This document shows positions 19,093 to 28,009 of a stretch of DNA of 64,000 nucleotides, piece after piece. Position numbers and translations under genes: made by a program. A model generated the notes under the pieces. That model made no database searches and had not been told where the DNA came from. It was given only the letters and a program-made list of their open reading frames with translations. Source of the DNA: an uncultured Gammaproteobacteria bacterium (GTDB lineage: Bacteria > Patescibacteriota > Patescibacteriia > UBA9934); assembly GCA_964414795.1 (NCBI GenBank), contig CAYPWV010000005.1, positions 4,336 to 68,335 on the forward strand, given 5' to 3'. Positions within the stretch are counted from its first letter, which is position 1. Each line of letters starts with the position of its first letter.

Positions 19093-19659
19093 TTACCTAC
19101 TCACGCGCTCCACATAATCCCCCGTTTCAGTATTCACCATCACCACATCACCCTGCTTAATAAAAATAGGCACGCGAACGATAAGACCGTTATCCATTTT
19201 TGCATCCTTGAGCACGTTACCAGAAGCAGTGTCGCCCTTTACCGCAGGCTCCGTTTCTACAATCGTGTACTCAATTTTGAGCGGAAGCTCCATGGAGATT
19301 GCCTTGTCATCGTGCATGATGACCGTGACATCAAGCCCTTCCTTCAAATACTGCGCATCCTCGCCTACGGTATCTCGACCAATGGCAACCTGTTCATACG
19401 ACTGTCCATCCATAAACGTAAGCGTATTTTCATCACCAAAAATGTACTGCATCTTTTTGAATCCCACCGTTTCAAAGGTGACATTTTCTGCAGACTTAAA
19501 GTTATTTTCTACAACCTTTCCAGAAGAAAGGGACTTCATTTTGGTACGCACAAATGAGCTTCCCTTTCCTGGAGAAACGCGCTGAAAGCCCACAATAACC
19601 CAAAGGTCATTTTCATAGTTAAGCACCGTACCTTTGCGAATATCGTTGGGGGAAGACAT
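19093..19659 (-). CDS. efp: Elongation factor P
   Basis: Full-length EF-P (188 aa). The KPGKG-type loop (VSPGKGSSFVRTK) carries the modifiable lysine. Confidence 0.95.
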   Translation of the reverse strand: MSSPNDIRKGTVLNYENDLWVIVGFQRVSPGKGSSFVRTKMKSLSSGKVVENNFKSAENVTFETVGFKKMQYIFGDENTLTFMDGQSYEQVAIGRDTVGEDAQYLKEGLDVTVIMHDDKAISMELPLKIEYTIVETEPAVKGDTASGNVLKDAKMDNGLIVRVPIFIKQGDVVMVNTETGDYVERVSR

Positions 19660-19664
19660 ATAGG

Positions 19665-19790
19665 TGAAGTTGGGAAGTAATGAAGAGATGAAGTTATGAA
19701 GTAGTGAAGGAGGCTAGTAAGGCTAGGCGGGCTAGGTAAGAAGTTCGTTTATACCTAGCCTTCTAGCCCAACTAGCCTACCTACACAAAC
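19665..19790. repeat. Structured repeat region between epmA and efp: five or more (A/G)TGAAGT units about 8 nt apart, then a long imperfect hairpin built from 3x GGCTAG / 3x CTAGCC
   Basis: Read directly: gtgaagttgggaagtaatgaagagatgaagttatgaagtagtgaagg, then ggctagtaaggctaggcgggctagg...cctagccttctagcccaactagcc. Confidence 0.4.
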
Positions 19791-20746
19791 CTCTCTGAGG
19801 GAGGAAAAACATGAATCGAATCGATATCCTTCACTCCCAGGGCCAACATGACGAGCCGGTCAACGCCAAGGGCATTTCCGTATGTTGGTGACGACACAGA
19901 GGATAGACGACGAAGGAGCTCTTCGTCAACCGGAAAGACCTCCTTCCCAAGACTCCGACGTTCCTCGGCTTCTTCCAAAAATCGCCGTCGCTGCTCATCT
20001 GCATCCACCAACTCGGTAAACGCATTGCACATTTCTAGCTCGCCCACATACGCTTCAAACCGTTCGGCATAACGTCCGTCGACACTTACTTTGGATAAAG
20101 ATGCGCACGGTACAGGGAATTCGCACAAAATATATCGCTCACCATGCGCAATCTTGGGCAAAACCGTCGCAAAAAACACCGAATCAATCACCTCATGGAG
20201 CGGATCAGTCATCGCACCAGAAATCTTCGCACCTTCTGCGATCTTGCGAACCCTCTCCCCCGTTGCATCCGCCGGAACAAAGCCATGCACTTTTTCAAAC
20301 GCATCCACATAACTCACCCGATCCCACTTCCCTTCCCAACCGAGCACACTATTGATCAAATCCTCCGTTTCTTCCATGCACATCGTATAATCCGCACCCT
20401 GGCGATACCATTCGAGCATCGTAAACTCAATACTCCATCGCTTGCCAAGCAATTCCTTATTCCGAAATACCGGCGTTACCGTATACAACGCCTCAAATCC
20501 CATTCCCAGCATCTTTTTCATGGAATACTCCGGACTCGTAATCAACCCCGCCCGCACTTCCCTCCCCCCGTCATTCAACGTCTTGAGCGTCACGGCCAGC
20601 GGATCTAAATTCGGCTCCATCCCCGGCGATGCCACCAACAGCGGCGTATGCGTCTCCACAAACCCTCGCGTACGAAAAAAAGTATGAATACGCTCAAGAA
20701 CACGATTCCATGTTTCAAGCCGAAGTTTTGCGTCGTCATAATGCAT
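19781..20746 (-). CDS. epmA: EF-P--(R)-beta-lysine ligase (PoxA/GenX; class II lysyl-tRNA-synthetase-like catalytic domain)
   Basis: Lacks an anticodon-binding domain. Class II aaRS core motifs are present (FRNKELLGKRWSIEFTMLEWY, CNAFTEL, GNALGVDRLVM). It lies immediately upstream of efp, the known substrate context. Confidence 0.8.
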   Translation of the reverse strand: MHYDDAKLRLETWNRVLERIHTFFRTRGFVETHTPLLVASPGMEPNLDPLAVTLKTLNDGGREVRAGLITSPEYSMKKMLGMGFEALYTVTPVFRNKELLGKRWSIEFTMLEWYRQGADYTMCMEETEDLINSVLGWEGKWDRVSYVDAFEKVHGFVPADATGERVRKIAEGAKISGAMTDPLHEVIDSVFFATVLPKIAHGERYILCEFPVPCASLSKVSVDGRYAERFEAYVGELEMCNAFTELVDADEQRRRFLEEAEERRSLGKEVFPVDEELLRRLSSVSSPTYGNALGVDRLVMLALGVKDIDSIHVFPPSERFV

Positions 20747-20862
20747 AAAATTCCAGAAAAGAATACCAGCTCAAAAGTAAAAAGGCTATTTCGCTTAACA
20801 AAATAGAATCTATTCTTTACTCAAATTGGAATTTTTATCTTGAGATAAGTAAACTATTCCTC

Positions 20863-21645
20863 ATGCCCTACATTCGCCAATATACCGAGCTTACTCCACA
20901 AGAGCTACGACAACTTGGATATAAACGCCGCTACAAGGAAGAAAATCCAAGCTGGGATGATTCCATGATAAAACTCACCGATCTTGTCCGCGAGCGTTGC
21001 ACAAAGGAATCAATAGTTCTTGATTTCGGTTGTGGTCGAGGAAATTTTGTCATCGACGAGCTTGCGGAATCATTTTCTCAAAAAATAGGGTTTGACGTTT
21101 CAGCAGAATCCATTCAAGGAAACATTACGTGCGACAAAGTTATTTTAGGAAATAGCACCTCGCTTCCCTTTCCGGATGCAAGTATGGACGTAGTGGTGTC
21201 ATTATGGGTCTTTGAACACATTGAAAAGCCCGAGGAAGTGATGAAAGAAATTTTTCGCGTGCTCAAACCTAACGGCTTTTTCGCGTTTGTGACACCCAAT
21301 AAAAAAAGTGCGCTTATTACTCTCCGTCGCATGATGTCTGATGGAATAGCACATCGTCTTTTAAAGTTCCTCTACGGAAGAGAAGAAAAGGATGCATTTA
21401 GTGTTTATTATCGAGCAAATACCATAAAAGATATCACCTCACTTGCAAAAAAGACCTCTTTTTCTCAAGAAATTGTTCTTGAAAATGCCGACCCTTCGTA
21501 CACGTCATTTAACGAAATAACATACACAGCTTCAAAAATCTTTATTCGATTATTTGGTCCGTTCGCAAAACCGCATATCATTAGCGTCCTTCGCAAGGAT
21601 CAAGGCTACCTTTCGAAAGAAAAAATGTCTTCAATTGCGCAATGA
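20863..21645 (+). CDS. Class I SAM-dependent methyltransferase
   Basis: Motif I VLDFGCGRGNF and post-I acidic residue (IGFDVS). Its 3' end overlaps the convergent XRE gene by ~40 nt. Confidence 0.8.
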   Translation: MPYIRQYTELTPQELRQLGYKRRYKEENPSWDDSMIKLTDLVRERCTKESIVLDFGCGRGNFVIDELAESFSQKIGFDVSAESIQGNITCDKVILGNSTSLPFPDASMDVVVSLWVFEHIEKPEEVMKEIFRVLKPNGFFAFVTPNKKSALITLRRMMSDGIAHRLLKFLYGREEKDAFSVYYRANTIKDITSLAKKTSFSQEIVLENADPSYTSFNEITYTASKIFIRLFGPFAKPHIISVLRKDQGYLSKEKMSSIAQ

Positions 21646-21821
21646 AAAAACTTTGCGATGCGATAAGCGAGAAAGAGTGTCGGGGAATGCTTACCACTTT
21701 CAAAAGAAATGATCGTTCGCCGAGTAATGCCCAATTTCTCTGCCAATTCGTCTTGTGTGAGATTTTTTAAGAGACGATAGGCCTTAAGCTGAGAGTACAT
21801 TTTCTTTTCTTGAAAATTCAT
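21606..21821 (-). CDS. XRE-family helix-turn-helix transcriptional regulator (71 aa)
   Basis: LTQDELAEKLGITRRTIISFESGKHSPTL is a canonical Cro/C1-type HTH. Confidence 0.85.
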   Translation of the reverse strand: MNFQEKKMYSQLKAYRLLKNLTQDELAEKLGITRRTIISFESGKHSPTLFLAYRIAKFFHCAIEDIFSFER

Positions 21822-21826
21822 AGTTC

Positions 21827-21852
21827 AAAATGTGAAAAACTTTTCACATTTT
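21827..21852. promoter_or_regulatory. Perfect 12-2-12 palindrome AAAATGTGAAAA-ac-TTTTCACATTTT immediately upstream of the XRE regulator start (likely autoregulatory operator)
   Basis: Seen in sequence 6 nt from the start codon. Confidence 0.55.
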
Positions 21853-21952
21853 ACCACCTCAATCAAACCAAAAAAAATACATACCAACCACGCCTCTTCT
21901 CAAATCCCTTTCTCTTTTCTTAACGGACATCATCTTCACTTTTTTTCATAAC

Positions 21953-21980
21953 AAAAAGACGCCCTTACGAGCGTCTTTTT
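21953..21980. terminator. Rho-independent terminator AAAAAGACGC-ccttacga-GCGTCTTTTT downstream of rpsR (bidirectional A/T runs)
   Basis: GC-rich 9-bp stem flanked by A and T runs, 3 nt from the rpsR stop. Confidence 0.6.
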
Positions 21981-21982
21981 CT

Positions 21983-22201
21983 TTAGCGTACAACGAAAGG
22001 CAAGAGGCCGATGATGCGGGAACGCTTAATTTCTTGCGCAAGTTCGCGCTGGTGACCCGCACATACGCCATTGCGTTTGCGTGCAACGATTTTTCCAAAG
22101 GAGGAAATAAATCGACGCAACACATCAGTATTTTTGTAGTCGATGACTACTTCTTTGTGAACACAGAAGAAGCAGTGACGACCTTCGGTGCGTTGAAGCA
22201 T
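21983..22201 (-). CDS. rpsR: 30S ribosomal protein S18
   Basis: CFFCVHKEVVIDYKNTDVLRRFISSFGKIVARKRNGVCAGHQRELAQEIKRSRIIGLLPF matches S18 along its length. Confidence 0.95.
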   Translation of the reverse strand: MLQRTEGRHCFFCVHKEVVIDYKNTDVLRRFISSFGKIVARKRNGVCAGHQRELAQEIKRSRIIGLLPFVVR

Positions 22202-22219
22202 AGAAGAAGGAAAAAGGGA

Positions 22220-22669
22220 TTAAAAAGGAATGTCTTCAAGTTTGATTTCGTCGTCGGGGTTGCTGACGGGAGCATCCGCAAGCGCCGTTGCGCCAACAGA
22301 CTGCGGAACAGGCGCACCTCCGGCCATCGGGCTTCCTCCACGATCAAGCATGATCATGTTTTCTGCCACCACTTCGGTTCGATACTTTTTCTGGCCATCT
22401 TGTCCATCCCATTCACGTGTTTGAATGCGTCCATCGATGTACACTTTCTTTCCCTTTACGAGATATTGGCCACAAATTTCTGCAAGCTTTGCCCAGGTAA
22501 CGATGTTGTGATATTCAACCTGATCTTTGCGCTGACCCGAGGCATCGGTATACGAACGATTGGTCGCGATGCTAAAGGTACACACACTTTGACCACCTGT
22601 TGTTTTCTTCAATTCTGGGTCACGGGTAAGGTTGCCAATAAGCATGACCCTATTAAGTGTTCCGGCCAT
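22220..22669 (-). CDS. ssb: Single-stranded DNA-binding protein
   Basis: OB-fold N-terminus (LNRVMLIGNLTRDPELKKTTGGQSVCTFSIATNR), a Gly/Pro-rich linker and the acidic tail DDEIKLEDIPF. Confidence 0.95.
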   Translation of the reverse strand: MAGTLNRVMLIGNLTRDPELKKTTGGQSVCTFSIATNRSYTDASGQRKDQVEYHNIVTWAKLAEICGQYLVKGKKVYIDGRIQTREWDGQDGQKKYRTEVVAENMIMLDRGGSPMAGGAPVPQSVGATALADAPVSNPDDEIKLEDIPF

Positions 22670-22684
22670 AAGAGAAGATGATGA

Positions 22685-23158
22685 TTAAACACCTTTCATG
22701 ATATCGGACTCGAGAATTGCATCAAGCTTTCCTGCGATTTCCTCAGCAGCAGGAGACTTTTCTGCAATCTTTTCAGAAGTTTTTGGCGCACGTTCATCTC
22801 GCTCGTTTGCACGGCGACCTTCTGCAGTGAGAGGAGGTGTGTAAGAAACCATGGAAAACGGTGCAGTTGGGATGCCAGCAGGACGTGCAATGAGCATGTG
22901 ACGTACTACTTCATCGGCAAGACGAAGATTTTGGTCGAGCTTTTGCATGTTTTCTGCAGAAACGTTGATGTAAAGCATTGCGTATACACCGTGGCGCTGA
23001 CGCTTAATAGGATATGCAAGCTTGATTTTACCCAAGTTTTGCTTCTTTTCTACGGTACCACCAGCATTCTCAACGAGTTTTGCAATGGCATCAATGGTTC
23101 CATCTACTTCCGTATCGCTAATGTGCGAAGGAAGAATGGTCATGAGTTCGTACAGCAT
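22685..23158 (-). CDS. rpsF: 30S ribosomal protein S6
   Basis: MLYELMTILPSHISDTEVDGTIDAIAKLVENAGGTV...YAMLYINVS is S6-like. I chose the internal Met as start; the track ORF extends to 23323. This completes an S6-SSB-S18 operon. Confidence 0.88.
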   Translation of the reverse strand: MLYELMTILPSHISDTEVDGTIDAIAKLVENAGGTVEKKQNLGKIKLAYPIKRQRHGVYAMLYINVSAENMQKLDQNLRLADEVVRHMLIARPAGIPTAPFSMVSYTPPLTAEGRRANERDERAPKTSEKIAEKSPAAEEIAGKLDAILESDIMKGV

Positions 23159-23306
23159 AGGCTGATATATTCGGCATTTTGCCGAACTTGGCTCCCCTAA
23201 TGTAGTAGGGAAACGACCCAATAGAATTGGATCACGGACAAGAATAAGTGTGCGAAGGGTAGCGAAATTGTCGATTTGCGTCAAGCAGTGTAGAGTAGGA
23301 GTCATT

Positions 23307-24509
23307 ATGCAAAGCTTTGCCATTCTCGGAACCCATCAAGCCATTTCTGTTGCGGAAGTTTTTGAGCTCAGCCATCAAGAACCCGCTTTTGCGAATGACA
23401 TTTTTGCACTCTACGCAGCGCCCTGGAAAGATGCATCAGAGCTGATGCGCACCTCAGGAAGCGTGCAAAAAATCGGTCGCATCGTAAAAACTGCACCAAA
23501 ACAAGCAACGGAATTTGATCTGCGAACCATCTTGCTCGAAGTTCTTGAAAGTCTTCCCGAGGGGAAAATTCATTTTGGACTGAGCGTCTACGGTGAAGAA
23601 AAAGACGCCGATCGTATCGGAAAGTTTTTGCCAAGTCTCGGCATCAACCTCAAGCGCGACCTTGCACAAAAAGGCCGCTCCGCACGCGTCGTCTCCACAA
23701 AAGGAAACGCACTTCCTGCGGCAAGTATCATGGCAAATAAACTTATCAGCAAAGGTGCAGAAATTATTTTACTTCCTACAGAAAATGAGCTTCTCATCGG
23801 CATAACCGAAGCCGTGCAAAACATCGACATGTGGGTACTCCACGATCGCGGCAGACCCCGCACCAACGCAAAACAAGGCATGCTTCCGCCAAAACTTGCC
23901 CGCATCATGCTCAACCTTGCCGGCGTTTCCGTTCCCGGAAAAACCGTACTCGATCCCTTCTGCGGAAGTGGAACCGTGCTTATGGAAGCCGGCGCGATGT
24001 ACGCACATCACCTTATGGGAAGCGATCTGAACGCCATGGCAACCAGCGATACGGAAGCCAATTTGCTTTGGGCAGAAGAAGCACTGCATTTTCATGCAAA
24101 AACAACCCTCATCACCTCATCCGCAAAAGATGTTGCAGATAAATTCTCTCCTTCAAGCGTCGACCTCCTTATCACCGAGCCCTATCTCGGTCGCCCTCGT
24201 CGCGGCGGCGAAAACAGAGAAGAAATCATCGAGACCATCGACTATCTCACACGCCTCTACGAAGAAAGTTTTGATGCACTAAAAAAAGTACTCAAACCCG
24301 GCGCACGCATCGTCATCGCCTCCCCCGTGCATCTTTTTGAAGATAAAATGTTTGCCGTTCCTACGGAGGCTATTCTAAAAAGTCTAGGCTATATTCCCCT
24401 TCCATTCACTTCAAACTCCCAACTCCAAACTTCAAACTCTCACCTCTTCTACCATCACGAAGGCCAATACGTGGGACGCGAACTCCTCAGATTCACCTTT
24501 AACGCATAA
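23307..24509 (+). CDS. Putative RNA methyltransferase (THUMP-like N-region plus class I MTase; Trm11/Trm14/RlmL-like)
   Basis: VLDPFCGSGTVLMEAG (motif I) and LLITEPYLG (motif IV of amino-methylating MTases). The last ~30 codons are a fragment of the AGTTTGAAG-family repeat. Confidence 0.65.
   Translation: MQSFAILGTHQAISVAEVFELSHQEPAFANDIFALYAAPWKDASELMRTSGSVQKIGRIVKTAPKQATEFDLRTILLEVLESLPEGKIHFGLSVYGEEKDADRIGKFLPSLGINLKRDLAQKGRSARVVSTKGNALPAASIMANKLISKGAEIILLPTENELLIGITEAVQNIDMWVLHDRGRPRTNAKQGMLPPKLARIMLNLAGVSVPGKTVLDPFCGSGTVLMEAGAMYAHHLMGSDLNAMATSDTEANLLWAEEALHFHAKTTLITSSAKDVADKFSPSSVDLLITEPYLGRPRRGGENREEIIETIDYLTRLYEESFDALKKVLKPGARIVIASPVHLFEDKMFAVPTEAILKSLGYIPLPFTSNSQLQTSNSHLFYHHEGQYVGRELLRFTFNA
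24407..24438. repeat. Solo 3'-end fragment of the MITE-like repeat (CACTTCAAACTCCCAACTCCAAACTTCAAACT), in-frame inside the methyltransferase C-terminus
   Basis: Near-identical to the 3' ends of the elements at 47769-47940 and 56434-56690. Here it encodes ...FTSNSQLQTSNS. Confidence 0.45.
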
Positions 24510-24555
24510 TCTTCTCGTCAAACTAAAAAATGGACTTCCTCAGTCCATTTTTTTC

Positions 24556-25632
24556 TTATGCGCCAATGCGGAAGTGACAAACGTCTCCATCTTTCATCAC
24601 ATACTCTTTGCCTTCGATACGCAGCTTTCCCGCATCACGTGCACCTGCTTCGCCTTTGTAGGAAACGTAATCGTCGTAGGCGATGACTTCTGCGCGAATG
24701 AAGTTTTTCGTAAAATCGGTATGGATGACGCCTGCAGCTTCGGGAGCTTTTGCACCGCGGTGCACGGTCCATGCACGCGTTTCTTGCTCGCCGGTCGTAA
24801 GGAAGGTGATGAGCTCAAGCAGCTCGTAACACTTTTTAATCACACGATCGAGACCGGACTCTTGCATGCCAAGCGCTTCAAGCATTTCTTTCGCTTCATC
24901 ATCAGGCAATCCCGCCAAATCAGCTTCAATCTTCACAGAAACCGGAACCGCTAAACGTCCTTCGCCAAGCGGAGAAACCCACACAGGATTCTTTGCATCT
25001 TCTTCACTGGTATTTACCACGTATAAAATAGGTTTATTGGTAAGCAGTTGCACACCCTTCATCGCCTCTCGCTCTTCGTCCGTCAACTCAACACTCCGCG
25101 CAAGCGTTCCCGTAGCAAGCGCTGCATGCCATTTTTCAAGCGCAGACAATTGCGCAGAAAGATCCGCGCTCTTTCCCGACTTCAGCTTCCCTTTCACCGT
25201 ATCCAACATCTTTTCTACGACCACCAAATCAGATAACGCAAGCTCAAGTTCAATCACTTCAACATCACGCATCGGATCAACCGATCCATCAACATGAATA
25301 ATATCTTTGCTTTCAAACGAACGAACCACGTGCGCAATCATGTCGACTTCGCGAATGTTAGCAAGAAACTTGTTTCCAAGTCCCGCACCTTCGTGCGCTC
25401 CTTTTACCAAGCCAGCAATATCTACAAATTCAATTGCGGTAGGAATAAGCTTTTTTGAATGCGACATCCCGGAAAGAACCGCAAGACGTGGATCGGGAAC
25501 TTCAACAACGCCCACATTCGGCTCAATGGTACAAAACGGAAAATTTGCGCAATCAACCTGTTTTTTGGTAATCGCGGTAAAAAGCGTAGATTTTCCTACA
25601 TTGGGAAGCCCAACAATGCCAACGTTTAACAT
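24556..25632 (-). CDS. ychF: Ribosome-binding ATPase YchF (Obg-family GTPase)
   Basis: MLNVGIVGLPNVGKSTLF (G1), NFPFCTIEPNVGVV, and a C-terminal TGS domain. I chose the internal Met as start. Confidence 0.93.
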   Translation of the reverse strand: MLNVGIVGLPNVGKSTLFTAITKKQVDCANFPFCTIEPNVGVVEVPDPRLAVLSGMSHSKKLIPTAIEFVDIAGLVKGAHEGAGLGNKFLANIREVDMIAHVVRSFESKDIIHVDGSVDPMRDVEVIELELALSDLVVVEKMLDTVKGKLKSGKSADLSAQLSALEKWHAALATGTLARSVELTDEEREAMKGVQLLTNKPILYVVNTSEEDAKNPVWVSPLGEGRLAVPVSVKIEADLAGLPDDEAKEMLEALGMQESGLDRVIKKCYELLELITFLTTGEQETRAWTVHRGAKAPEAAGVIHTDFTKNFIRAEVIAYDDYVSYKGEAGARDAGKLRIEGKEYVMKDGDVCHFRIGA

Positions 25633-25689
25633 AGATGGAAGGGAGTGTACCGGATGGAAGAGAAGGTGACAATAAAATAACACAAAAGT

Positions 25690-28002
25690 CTAGAGCGATG
25701 AGGGAATTTCAGAAATAGTTTCAGGAGTTTCTTCCGGCAATGGATCAGGCAACGCCGCATCATCTTGCACTTCCCCACTTTGCAAGCGATTGAGACGCTG
25801 CTGTACAGCCTCATTATCGGGATTAGCTTTTGCGACTTCGGCGACTTCGGCGATTGCCCCTTCAATATCACCCGCCTGTTCAAGCAACACCGAAAGATAC
25901 CAATGTGCATTAGCGTAATTGGGCGAGAGACGAATGATGCGTTCAAGTTCAGCTTGCGCAAGATCATTTTTTTCTTGTCGTAAATAAAGGAGTGAAAGTT
26001 GCATACCTACACCTACGTCACTTTGCTGCAACGCACGCACCGTTTCCATCGCTTGCACCGCATCAACAAGACTTCCTTCGCGTTCATAGACTGCAGAAAG
26101 AAAATAATACGCAGCAGGATAATCTCCTTTTAACGCAATAGCTTTCGTAAACGCATTCTCCGCATACATAAAAGCCGCATCTCTTTTTGTCGTTGCATCA
26201 GCCTTTAGTGCTGCATCTTCCGTACTTGTATTTTGCGCAAAAAGATCTCCCTGCGCAGTGTACGCTCGTCCAAGCCCAACGAAATAGAGCGGATTATTCG
26301 GCGCGAGTTCCGTTGCGGTAAGAAATGAGGTGACGGAAAAATCAGCCGCATGATCAATTGCCGGCGCTACCTCGCGATACACATTCCCACGCACTTCCCA
26401 GTTTTGCACCACACGTGGACCAATTTCGGTTGCACGCACTGCGGCATGTACTGCGGAACCAAGCACAAGTTGAATTTGCTCCGTGGGAGCATGCGCCTCA
26501 ACAAGCGCATTGATACGCTGCAACAGTAATAAGCTCAACTCCCGATAATACACATCATTCCATCGATTAAACGATGCCGCTTGATCTACTTTTGCAATAA
26601 CATCCTCGGGCGCCGCACCTTTTCTTTCTTGCGCAATCGCCTGCGCATAGGTAATTTCTGCCGCATAACGCGTTCCCGTAACAAAAAACGCAAGAAGAGA
26701 AACAATACCTAAAGCAACAACACTCAACACCGCAACAAGCGAAGAACGAGACGAGGAAACGAACGACCACACCACAGTTCGAGACGATCCTATCGACAAA
26801 AGAAGACCAAACAACACAAACATGATAAACACGAGCGGTGTATTCCATGCATACGTCCATGCAGAGACGGAAAGAAAAACGAATGCAAGGTAGATACCGA
26901 GCATATTTCCTCGCTGCGATGCATGCATGCAAGCGTATGATCGAAAACCTGCGACAATTCCCGAGATCTGGAGCAAAACAAACGTAAACGCCGTAAGCAA
27001 TCCTCCCGTTGTCGCAAGTGTGAGGATATGCGAAAATCCGCGATCAAATACCACATTCCAAAATGCGGTTGCGTTGACGGTGGGAAGTGCGTACAGTGCG
27101 TATGAGATGCCGTACGTACCAGGACCTGAACCTACAAAAAATCCAAAACCGTTATGCCAAACGCTCGTAACAATATCTGTACTTAACGAAAAAGAAGGAA
27201 CGATCTCAACAGGAAAGAACCCTTGAAAAATAGGCGGCAAAATCCATCCCACAAAAGACAAAATCACAAGAAGAACGCCGGGGAGAACATGACTCATCGA
27301 GATCTGTTTTTTCTGAGGGACAAGCGTACACAACAGCAAGGCAACACCCGCTACACACGACGGCAGCCACAAAACCCACGCATCCAATAAAAATGAGACG
27401 ATGAGGAAAGAGGCAAGAAGAACATATCCCGCAATCTTTTCAGCTCGTCCAGCCGAACCCATTGCTATTCCTCCCAAAGAGCAGAGCGTCGCAATGCCAA
27501 AAAACAATGCCAGTGCGTGCGGAGCTCCAAATGAAAGCACGGGAGAAAAAGAGAAAATGCCCGTAAAAATAAGCAGTAAAGCTCCCGTCATAAGTAGTCC
27601 TTCAACGGCCCAAACAACACGAACATACTTCAGTAAAAAAGCAGATTGCGCCGACGCCTGTGCAAGTAAAAAACTCATAAGTACACACGATCCTACAAAC
27701 AACACACTTGCATAATCACCTCCTCCAATCCCCAACCAACTCGCCGCAGGATACACAGAAAAACATGCAGAAACCACCGTTACCAAAAAAAAGATACCAA
27801 GAAAAACCAACGGCCACGACCAAAGCAAGCGAAGCTCTTTTGTTCGCGCAACATGAACAAGAAACAGTGTTCCTGCGATAAGAGACGCAACAATCGCCAC
27901 AGTCACCTTATGCACTTCATACGCATCAACAAACCAAGGAAGAACGAGGATGGGAACGATGGCGATCGAAAAAAGGAGAGGAAAAAGAAAGGACTTTCCC
28001 AT
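25690..28002 (-). CDS. Polytopic membrane protein: O-antigen-ligase/Wzy_C-like N-terminal domain (about 12 TM) plus C-terminal TPR repeats (770 aa)
   Basis: Many hydrophobic helices and a large periplasmic loop typical of the Wzy_C/O-antigen ligase/PglL family. The C-terminal ~300 aa are TPR-like (AYYFLSAVYEREGSLVDAVQA, ANAHWYLSVLLEQAGDIEGAIAE). Confidence 0.7.
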   Translation of the reverse strand: MGKSFLFPLLFSIAIVPILVLPWFVDAYEVHKVTVAIVASLIAGTLFLVHVARTKELRLLWSWPLVFLGIFFLVTVVSACFSVYPAASWLGIGGGDYASVLFVGSCVLMSFLLAQASAQSAFLLKYVRVVWAVEGLLMTGALLLIFTGIFSFSPVLSFGAPHALALFFGIATLCSLGGIAMGSAGRAEKIAGYVLLASFLIVSFLLDAWVLWLPSCVAGVALLLCTLVPQKKQISMSHVLPGVLLVILSFVGWILPPIFQGFFPVEIVPSFSLSTDIVTSVWHNGFGFFVGSGPGTYGISYALYALPTVNATAFWNVVFDRGFSHILTLATTGGLLTAFTFVLLQISGIVAGFRSYACMHASQRGNMLGIYLAFVFLSVSAWTYAWNTPLVFIMFVLFGLLLSIGSSRTVVWSFVSSSRSSLVAVLSVVALGIVSLLAFFVTGTRYAAEITYAQAIAQERKGAAPEDVIAKVDQAASFNRWNDVYYRELSLLLLQRINALVEAHAPTEQIQLVLGSAVHAAVRATEIGPRVVQNWEVRGNVYREVAPAIDHAADFSVTSFLTATELAPNNPLYFVGLGRAYTAQGDLFAQNTSTEDAALKADATTKRDAAFMYAENAFTKAIALKGDYPAAYYFLSAVYEREGSLVDAVQAMETVRALQQSDVGVGMQLSLLYLRQEKNDLAQAELERIIRLSPNYANAHWYLSVLLEQAGDIEGAIAEVAEVAKANPDNEAVQQRLNRLQSGEVQDDAALPDPLPEETPETISEIPSSL

Positions 28003-28009
28003 AGGAAAA

